The position numbers and the translations under genes are program-made. DNA of 61,808 bases, filler included, from Choristocarpus tenellus KU-1152 (taxonomy: Eukaryota > Protista > Phaeophyceae), in the NCBI GenBank assembly GCA_964200185.2. It is 10 parts of 10 records of this genome, joined end to end, with 100 filler letters (N's around TTAATTAATTAA, not from the genome) between each part and the next. Parts side by side here need not be neighbours in the genome. Positions count along the whole stretch, not along the records: positions 49,411 to 57,099 come from CAXNAD020005750.1; positions 57,200 to 61,808 come from CAXNAD020013804.1; 8 more parts are not named here. One strand, given 5' to 3'. Under the pieces are notes generated by a model that did no database searches, was not told the origin of the DNA, and saw nothing but the letters and a program-made list of their open reading frames with translations. Numbering within the stretch: position 1 is the stretch's first letter; the number at the start of each line of letters is the position of its first letter. This document shows positions 53,101-61,808 of the stretch, one piece after another.

Positions 53101-54331
53101 CACCATCCCATAACCCTATCTCTATCTGCTCAGGTCCAAATCTTTACTACTATGAGGTCATTGAGTGTGGCAGGAGGATTCTACTCACTGGGACACTGAT
53201 CTTTATTGAGCCACAGTCAGCTGCGCAGGCTGCCATGGCCTGTATCTTTGCTTTTCTGAGCCTGCTTGGCTTTGAGTTGCTCCGCCCACACCTAGACACA
53301 GGGGACTCGTGGTTGTACCGTTTGGTGAGTTATTACCTTGTCCTCTGTACGACTTTGGCTGGAGGAGATAGGAGATTAATTTTACAACTAATGCTGTGTA
53401 CACTGGCAACGTAGAAAAATATTAAATATCAAGTGGTAGAATCTTTGCCTGACATGTCTACTCAATCATGCTGTATAGTATAAATCATAGAATTTTTAAC
53501 TGTAGATAGAGTAGTGCATATTACGAACGGATATGGAGGAAAATATAGATTTGTAAAAAAAAAAAAGCACAACTAGCGCGCGCGCACACACACACACGCA
53601 CGTCCACTGCTACGAAGTCGATAAAACACAATCTATGCAGATAGAGTCAAGCAGATGATGCAATGTTTGTTGATGTATATTTGTTCTGCATTAATGTGCA
53701 GTTGTGTGTGTACAATATAAGTCGGAGTGGTATCCTTCCACCAAGCTCCATGAATCTAACAATATATTTGGTATCCATTACTTATCACTGACCCAATCTC
53801 TTATCATTCTTTCATCAGGGTTGTATAATCATATTCTTCAGTAACTTCCTAGGCCTGCTCATCAAGGTCGATGTATCAGAGGAGGGAAATGTTTCACAGG
53901 AGGTCTTTGGTGTCCTGCTTGTCATTGTCAACATAGCATTGCTCTTTGCCATATGGGGAACTACATATTTCAGTGCGCAGCAGATGATGGATGACACCAG
54001 GGACGGGGAAGACTTCAACAGCATGGCAGTTATGCTGGGAGTCAAAAAGCCCCCACCCGTGTCCTCCCTCCACCCATTGGATACGCCCAAGGTGCAAGAA
54101 AGAGGGCGGCGAGCAGAGAGGTCTCTCAAGAGAACGGACCATGTGGTTGTTCCTCCATTTGAGTTTGATCAGGAGGATACACCACGCGGTCACAGGCAGA
54201 TTGGAGATATTGCAAGGGCTGCGGGCATACTGAATAGCCCTTTCAAGCATGATGAAAATGAAGATATGCTGAGGTTCAACAAAGATGGAAAAGTGCATCA
54301 CGAGAACATCGAAGCTACACACGTTTGGTAG
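50184..54331 (+). CDS. Multi-pass membrane protein, C-terminal TM region of the stramenopile adhesin-like/polymorphic membrane protein type; exons 50184-50483, 51328-51480, 52083-52338, 53134-53324, 53819-54331; 5' end missing
   Basis: GT-AG, phase-consistent joins; motifs FQTFAC, YLRADYSIMC, VYPIGIPLLY, YYYEVIECGRRILLTG, LLRPH, with about 7 hydrophobic segments. Confidence 0.85.
51688..51710 (+). repeat. Intronic (TTAGGG)n tract; shorter tracts also near 12760, 34755, 48637, 52970
   Basis: TAGGTTAGGGTTAGGGTTAGGGT. Confidence 0.8.
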
Positions 54332-57078
54332 GGTATGCGAGTTGTTAAGTGTCCATGCATTGCTGCATCTTCCTCACAGGTGGACAATGCTGCTTCCCCA
54401 AATATCCCCAGTAATATGTCGGTGTTGGGAGTGTGTATTTTGTTGTGGTGCTCGAAAGGAATTCTGCCAGGTTGTGTTGTGACAGGTGGATTTAATTTGA
54501 GTGAACTAATATGGAATGTTATGGTATGGAGGTGTTGCTTGGAGCTATGCAGTGCTGTAATATAACTATATCCGGGGAAAGGGGGGGGGTTGAGAGCGTG
54601 CCGAGAATGTATTTCTTTGTCAGGGGAGGGTGGTATATTTGTTTATGGCTGGCAGTTATTAATTATAGTTCAGGGATATACAGGGGAGCACAGGCAGGCC
54701 TTGTTGCTTTGTGTGTTTGCTTGTTTGCTTGTTTGCTTGTTTGCTTGTTGCTGGTTGAAATCGAAAGAAGTGCTTATGTCATTGTGAAAAGTGGTCAGCT
54801 ATTTGGGAATGTTCTTGCTTGGATTGCATGTTATTGTGCACCGTATCTTATGTGACCCTACATATCCCAGCCTGATTAGATACATATTTGTGTGAACAGC
54901 AAAAAATACACACAATTGCATGTCTTGCACGATTACATGTCTTTCCTTCGGAGTAGTTTTGCTCTACATAAAAAAAAACTTGAAGTTCGCCATGCACCAA
55001 ATTTGTAACGCATTATTGAGGCGAGGTTGGATAGGGTATATTTGCACCATACCTCTTATGAAATAGCTGTCGGACACGATAGGAGGATTAGGGGCATCCT
55101 CTATGCGTCGGGTGTTTCTTTTATTTGTGCTGTGTTTAAAACAAATATCGTTCTAGTACCTTCGTTTTTAGTTTTGTCGTGACTCTCCAAATATCTGCAG
55201 CGAAACAAAAAAAAAATCAATTAACAGTTTATGGTTGTGTAGTGTACTGCAGGGTTGTATAAAATGTAGAGGATGATTATCTTGTTACCTTCTTTTTTTG
55301 TTTGGGGGTTTCAGTATCTCTTGTTATAGGCAGGCGTAGTTGTTCCACAGTCAGACATGGAGAGCGGTGAGATGTATTACCAATTGTAATCATTCTCCAA
55401 TATTCCTCACTATTATTCCTTATATTTTTCAAATTGTGGGAAGTTTGGTTTTCATTACTTGGTGTTGATACAGGTTTGCATTTAGTTAGGCCTAGGTTTG
55501 TTGTAACGTTTTTGATTGGGGATACTCTCTAGTGATGCTATGCACCTTGTAAGCCCAGGCTTTTGGGGTGAAACAATGGGTGGCACTTGACAGTCTTGGT
55601 ATGTATGACGATTTAAATTAATACTTGAAACACCCTTGCTTCAGGATAACAGAGTGCTCCTTTTTGACGATTTGTTCGTAGTCTGCTCACCGATAAAGAT
55701 CTGAAGTGACGGCTACCTTGACCCTTGACTGCTCCTTAGAGATTTTTTGCCTTGTTTGCTATCCTTGACCGCTATTTCTATATGGTGGTATATTTTGTAT
55801 CGGCATGTTTCAATACTGATATTGGATTTCAGGTACACCCTGAAAACATGAAAGAATTGAAGCTTGACTGTGAAGCTTGCAGGTACACAGTTCGCAGGTT
55901 TATGGTGTTGGTGTGGATGTTTGACTTAGTCGAATGGATTGCATTACGTAGTAATGTAGAATGTAAGATATGAAACATGTGTAAGGGGTTAGGTGAAGGT
56001 GTTCTTAGCAGTTGAAGCCCAGCAAAACACCTTTGACCGAGACCCGTCACCTGACATACTTGCTCACCACAAGCTCTTCTTTTTTAGTTTTGGTAACTTT
56101 TTTGTACGTATGTTCTGCGTGTGTCGCGTGTTTGCGTGTCTGCGTAAGATGAGCAGGGTGTTATTGCATTTTCTAGACGTTTGTCCTTCCTCCTTGAAGT
56201 TACATTGCACATTTGAGTGCAATCCTTTTTCTTGACATGGTCAATACACTCTAGTAAATAATGATAGTACTACAGTTGTTGCTTGACCTTGATCGATAAG
56301 TGGTTGGTTGCTTGTATGTGAGGGATAGCGTTGATATAGTGAGATTAGAGCAAAGAATAACATAGTTTGTATAAAATATGTTCTGATTTTATAGAAAATA
56401 ATATTCTTAAGATGCATAACAAGTTCATCCTACATTTAATCCTCTTATCTTACCTTGGATTGAAATATGAACAGGAACAATATATTTTTTTGTTATTTTG
56501 TAATGTTTTGTGTCTGTAAGCAATAGTTTAGCCTATATAATGAGTTTTTAGATCTTTGCATAGTCAATTACGGTTTTAATTCCTTCAATTACGGATTTCC
56601 TCTCCTTACATTATTCTCTCTACATGCATATAGTAGTACTTTTTACTTCATACGTATCTTGCTGTAGCACCAATGTCTATATATATATCCTGTAGTAATA
56701 TTTGCAATGTCTCTTTGAGCTAGGGGATATGTATCATTCTTAGATTCTCTTTTTGTTAAGATGAAGAAAATGATTAAGGAGCAATGATGCATTGTGTTTG
56801 TTGCATACTCAACGCCAGCAATAAAGATTGAATTGGGACCTCCAAAAAAGTTATCTGGCAGGCAGGTTGCGGCATGCGGGGAAAGCCAGAAAGGTGATAC
56901 GTGATAGGGTGAGGAACCAGTGTGCACAATGATTGGTGTGGCCTTTGTGCTCGAGGGAGAGAGAATCAATGATAGTGACGCCAGAGTCATCATATTGCAC
57001 ATCAAGTTTATTTCTGCAGTTCCTGGTGATATGCACCCATTGTTTGACACAGCACTGGGCATCTTACAACTGGCAATT

Positions 57079-57099
57079 GGGTCAAAGCATCTGGGGGGG
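57079..57099. mobile_element. TIR family A terminus at contig end
   Basis: GGGTCAAAGCATCTGGGGGGG. Confidence 0.7.
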
Positions 57100-57684
57100 N
57101 NNNNNNNNNNNNNNNNNNNNNNNNNNNNNNNNNNNNNNNNNNNTTAATTAATTAANNNNNNNNNNNNNNNNNNNNNNNNNNNNNNNNNNNNNNNNNNNNC
57201 GTTTTCGCAGAACAACCATCCTCATAGTCCCGCTCCATCCTCAATTTTGAGAATCCCCTGTTATTCGGAAAAATAAACTCGGGTTTTCTCCATCTATCGT
57301 ACATATGGGTACACAACACATCTACGAGAAAAATATCAATTTGACAGAAGTTGATATTGGGCATAGTAAACATTCATTTTAGAATATATACTATATACTA
57401 AGCATATATTTATTGAACAACACAACCACAAATCATTGAATGAAACACAAATATAGTTCACAACACAAATATATTTACAAATATGTAACCTCCAATACGA
57501 AGTTCAACGATGTATTGAAACGTTTCATTGATCAGAGTTCGTGTTAACCGAAGGTGTAGTGTTGGAATTCGTTGTATCTAGATAAAGTTTTTGACGATAA
57601 GCAGAAATCACTTCTGCACATTGGAGCAAAATACGTGTACGATAGAATACATCAGAGGCACGATCATAACATTTAAGACGTAAT

Positions 57685-57742
57685 CTATATTCTATATTAT
57701 GCCCTCTGACATTTTGCAGATGTGTCAGGGGGAAAACCAATG
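57685..57742 (-). repeat. Family C repeat, truncated
   Basis: TATTATGCCCTCTGACATTTTGCAGATGTGTCAGGGGGAAAACCAATG. Confidence 0.75.
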
Positions 57743-58539
57743 TATAATCATAGATGAACGAGGTCCACGGCCAAACTTGTGTCCCACGATAGCTTCAACA
57801 ATATAAGGACTAGTGGTTACCGGGGACTCCAAGTCATCAAGATCCGGTGAGGGCAAATAACGGCCAAGAAAAAATTCGTTGAGCTTCATAAATCAGGTTC
57901 AGGTGGTTATGTGTTCGGTATGTAAGGTTTCAAGAGGGCAAAGTGAAAAGAAATATCTTTGATGTCAACTTGTTTTCCGACACAATAAACTACAGTGGAA
58001 ATCTTGGCAGTCACTGTGAAAGGTTCACGCCAGGGGTGAATCCATTTCGGATTTGGTCCCTCACGGTCAGTTTGTAGACGATGATGCACCAAAATTTGAG
58101 GTCTAACTTGAAACATGGGGAAGTCAAGATTTTCATCGTTAGCCAATCTTTTTAGCATTCCGTTCTCCGAGATTGCGACGGGCTAATTCAAAGCTAACTG
58201 TAAATTCTCAGCTGTTGATTGAACTCTGGGACTAGATTGGGATACTGTTGACTTGGATGGACCAAGAAAAAAAAATTACCGGCAATATTGGACGGCTTCA
58301 AAAAAACAGAAAAAGAAGAAAAAATAGGAATGTGGTGTTGTACACCATATTTTGAACACGTTAAGGGAATGGAACAGTATCCCAATTGATCTCTGTGATG
58401 CTACTGTACATGAATCACGATACAGAGTGGAATTGACACGCTATAAAACAAAGTTACCGTGTGATGTATTGGATGTGGTACTAGTTTTATGGCACCTGAA
58501 CACTGTAATTCCAGAACGAGTGTATTTTGAAATTCTGAA

Positions 58540-58797
58540 GAGCCAAAGTATCTTAGAGGGTAGAACCGCGTCCATTTCGGGGTCAAATTCCAATATTCCG
58601 ATTTTGATGTAATTTTGACAATCATGTTTTTGAGGAAGTGTCAATATCCTTGTTCTGGACACACCTCTTCATAACGTGCAAATTTTACCTACTCCTAAAC
58701 ATATCGGAGTAGGAAAAAGTCATAAAACACCTGTGGGAAGCCAAGTCCCAAATGGACAAACAGGGCAAAACTCGTACCCTCTAAGATACTTTCACTC
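58540..58797 (+). mobile_element. TIR family B, full-length copy with perfect 4-bp TSD (TGAA)
   Basis: TGAA|GAGCCAAAGTATCTTAGAGGGTA...TACCCTCTAAGATACTTTCACTC|TGAA. Confidence 0.93.
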
Positions 58798-60096
58798 TGA
58801 ACTTAAGTCAGAGTGAAGAATTTCAGGTGCAACTATTGTTGAAAATATCATTTCAAACAAGTATTGGCAATAGTCGCTCTTGTTTTGTCTGGAGTAGGAA
58901 TGAGAAAAGCAAAGCATGTCAATTGGAAGATAGCCGTAAGAACATATCGGCATCCCTGGAAAATGGTCTTATACTGCACAAGATTAACAGCAAACCATCC
59001 AAACAATCGAGTTGTGGGAATTGTCCTCCTTGAGGCAAGGTAGGACGTCTGTGATACCAATATCATACCTTGTCCAGTGTGTGGGAAAATATCTAAGTGA
59101 CCTCCCGAAGCAGGTGATCATGACAGGCATGCAAGACCATATCCCATCATTCTTTTGGGACCACTAATTGATCACAAACACCACAGTGTTTGTGTAGATG
59201 TGGTCTGGGAAATGTGATGAGCAGAGGAAGTTTCAGCGTCAACATTAAAATATGATATGCTACATGTCACCTCCTGTGGAGGTGAACGTGATGAGCTGGG
59301 GGCCTCGAAAAATGCAAAATATAGGGGAAATCTATTCATTTGTACTGAACGGACTTCGATGTGGTCCAAAATTGGGAAGATATTCACTGAACTGTTGAAA
59401 AGTTCACAGTCACTCTGAGTTATATCTAATTAATGGAGGCGGTCTGGACATATTTCATATGCTTGACGTGGGGCTGAAGTATTTGACAATGAATTTTCCG
59501 GAATATTCTTGCAAATAGGGGTAAGTACTCTTAGCATTCGATTGATCGCACTCACAAAGAGGCGAGAAAGGTCATCGGCATCAGGTACAACATTGTCTCT
59601 GCCTGGATTGTGATGAACTGTATAGTCGAAGCATTGGAGAGCAAGACCCCAACGTGTGTCAGCATATTATCTGCATCGTGCATATAATAAAGATATCGGA
59701 GTGCCGCATGGTCAGTGAATAAATAAAAATGTCGACTTCAAAGATATCGATGGCAGTGGTTAATGCATGGACTACTGCTAAACATTCTTTATATGTGGCG
59801 GAGTAATTTCGTTGTGCTCCATCGAGTTTCTTGCTATAATAAGCCACAATATTAAGCGAGGTGTCCGTCTGATCATCTGACACTCTTTGAGCAAGAAAAC
59901 CACCGATGCCCAAATTTGAAGCATCCACATGTACGACAAAATATTTTGAAAAAATATGAGAGTGTAAGAGAGGGGTCGAGGTTAACGCCATTTTTATTTT
60001 AGCAAATGTAGTATACTGGATTGATGTCCATGCCTTTCCTAGTTGACCAGAAGGACGTGCTAAGAATTCATTACGCGTGAGTTTTAGGAGTGGTTC

Positions 60097-60558
60097 TGTT
60101 ACAGGCGAATAGCGCAAGCATTTCTTTCTGCGTGCCAAAATGCGCGAACAGTATACATACATAAGAATTTATATAAGAGGAACTTTGGATTGATAGAAGA
60201 TGCAGAGTAAGATTCGAAATGCATACATAACCTTACAGAATAGTGTCAATTCCAGAACGTTGCAGAACAAAGATTTATGATTGGAGCGTTTATACAGCAG
60301 TTTGCAGACGTCATTTAACTCTTTGGCTGTAGAAAAACGGTGAATTACGTTAATAAAAGGCTGAGTTGCTGACCAAACGACTCAGTATTTGTGATCCTTA
60401 CCCTCTTTTGATAAAGCGAAAAGCAAGACATTGGCTGAGCTAAGCATCAACTGACACCATACGTGATTATCATCTGTGGACCCCCGTAGCGTCGTTTTAA
60501 GGTTGTTGGATTTGAGTTGCACTTCCTGTGGAGGTGAGTTCTGGAGCGTGCTGTAACA
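60097..60558. mobile_element. Solo LTR, 462 bp, with 4-bp TSD GTTC
   Basis: GTTC|TGTTACAG...CTGTAACA|GTTC; removal restores the pol frame YADLTEPLLKLTR. Confidence 0.85.
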
Positions 60559-61033
60559 GTTCTGTCAAGTCTGCATAATGTGGGATAAACTTTCGACAAA
60601 AATGCACATACCAAGAATAGAACGGATATCTTTGATTTTTCGGGGTGTGGGTAGGTCAACAATGGCTTGAATGCGAGCCTTTCCAAGGCGTACGTAACCC
60701 TGCACTAGAAACAGTATGTCCAAGGTATTCAACTTCTCCTGGGTCAAACTTCAGTTTAGAAGGTTTTAAAATAAGAAGCATTTTAAGCAAAAGCTATATG
60801 ATGTTCCCAAGTGATAGAACAAAGAATGAGATCCTCGATATAATCAAAACAGACCTGACCCCGTGGTAAAGTCAGATAGAGCGCAAGCTATCATGCGTTG
60901 AAAATAAAAGGGGCATTGTTAAGACCAAAAGGAAGTCGTTTCCATACAAAATTGCCTTTATTGGTGACAAAAAAACAGTCCTGTCAATATCTGCTTCCGC
61001 CACAGGAATTTGATGATATGCTGATTGCACATC

Positions 61034-61340
61034 TGTTACAGGAGATATGTCTTGATAGCGGTTTCATAAACACCATTATGACCTTGAAGTCCTAGATTTG
61101 ATATATTTGTACTCCTTGACTATTTATTTATTATTTTGTCATTATGATCCCCGATTGTGATAAGACATCGTAGACCAGTTCCTTTTTATACGATGATATT
61201 GATGATAATCCAAGTGAAAGATCCAGCATACTTGACGACTTCTGCATCAGGAGTCCTATACGGGCATCAGTATCATCTATAGGCCTGTAGATTGGAGCTA
61301 TACATCCTGTGGAGGTAAGCTTCTGGAGCGTGCTGTAACA
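61034..61340. mobile_element. Second related solo-LTR-like insertion, 307 bp, no TSD visible
   Basis: TGTTACAGG...CCTGTGGAGGT...TTCTGGAGCGTGCTGTAACA shares its right end with 60097-60558 and interrupts RT just before DVQSAYHQIP. Confidence 0.7.
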
Positions 61341-61697
61341 TGGAGGTATTACCGAGACTTCCACCATGTAACACATCTGCAACAGAAAGAAACTGTGCTG
61401 CATCAACAGAGAACCGAGATGATCTTCAGGTAAAGGCATGGGTCAAGAATATTTAATTAGGCGTTTATTTATGGTCCTTAGATAATCAGTGCAAAGAATC
61501 TTGGGGTCCCATCTACTTTGGGGCTGCAATAGTAACAGAGGATCCCCATTGGGTAGGACGAGCTTCAATTATTCCTTGGTTTTGTAAATCTTCAACACAT
61601 CCATCAAAAATACCTCTTACACGTGGATTGGTTTGATATGGTGCCCATTTTTATAGGTATAATATCTGGTTCGAGAGGAAGATCTGCTTCAGCAATT

Positions 61698-61808
61698 GAG
61701 TGAAACTATCTTAGAGGGTACGATTTTTTCCCTGTTTGGCTTCCCATGGATTTTTTTATGACATTTTCCGACTCCAAAATGTTTCGTAGTAGGTAAAATA
61801 TATACATT
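61698..61808 (-). mobile_element. TIR family B, partial at window end
   Basis: GAGTGAAACTATCTTAGAGGGTACGATTTTTTCCCTGTTTGGCTTCCCA. Confidence 0.82.

Larger units (their letters stand above)
57900..61697 (-). pseudogene. Decayed Ty3/Gypsy pol (RT, RNase H, integrase C-terminus) with nested insertions
   Basis: DVQSAYHQIP, WKRLPFGLNNAP, KARIQAIVDLPTPRKIKDIRSILGMC, VHVDASNLGIGGFLAQ...VAYYSKKLDGAQRNYSATYKECLAVV, WREPFTV...LLKPY, in RT-RH-IN order. Confidence 0.9.

Noticed and set aside
55830-56080. Exon-like segments (VHPENMKELKLDCEACR; VKVFLAVEAQQNTFDRDP)
   Set aside because: No coherent model or family motif.

Overview
Eukaryotic, intron-rich nuclear DNA, most consistent with a brown alga or close stramenopile relative (TTAGGG-type interstitial repeats, GT-AG introns, gene and TE families resembling Ectocarpus ones; the taxon is an inference). 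The window is not contiguous: ten short contigs (1-10396, 10497-13080, 13181-19793, 19894-23024, 23125-27468, 27569-36127, 36228-40449, 40550-49310, 49411-57099, 57200-61808) are joined by artificial 100-nt N44-TTAATTAATTAA-N44 linkers, so neighbourhood across linkers means nothing. Hand-built spliced gene models: a kinase-fold protein lacking both catalytic aspartates, whose activation-segment exon has two diverged extra copies (one inverted); a head-to-head pair of a 2-TM protein and a 78-aa ELM2-motif protein; the 3' end of ZC3H15/Tma46; an intronless FNIP-repeat gene; and the multi-TM C-terminal part of an adhesin-like membrane protein. The rest is TE debris: two related non-autonomous TIR families with 4-bp TSDs (Sola-like, 16 copies or fragments), a 3'-anchored SINE/LINE-like repeat, and decayed RLE, RTE, DIRS/Ngaro and Ty3/Gypsy elements with nested solo LTRs. 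There is also a cox1 NUMT. No CRISPR array, RNA gene or viral hallmark gene is supported. Best novelty candidates: the duplicated/inverted activation-loop exon, the paired TIR families, and a telomeric repeat written into a transposon end.
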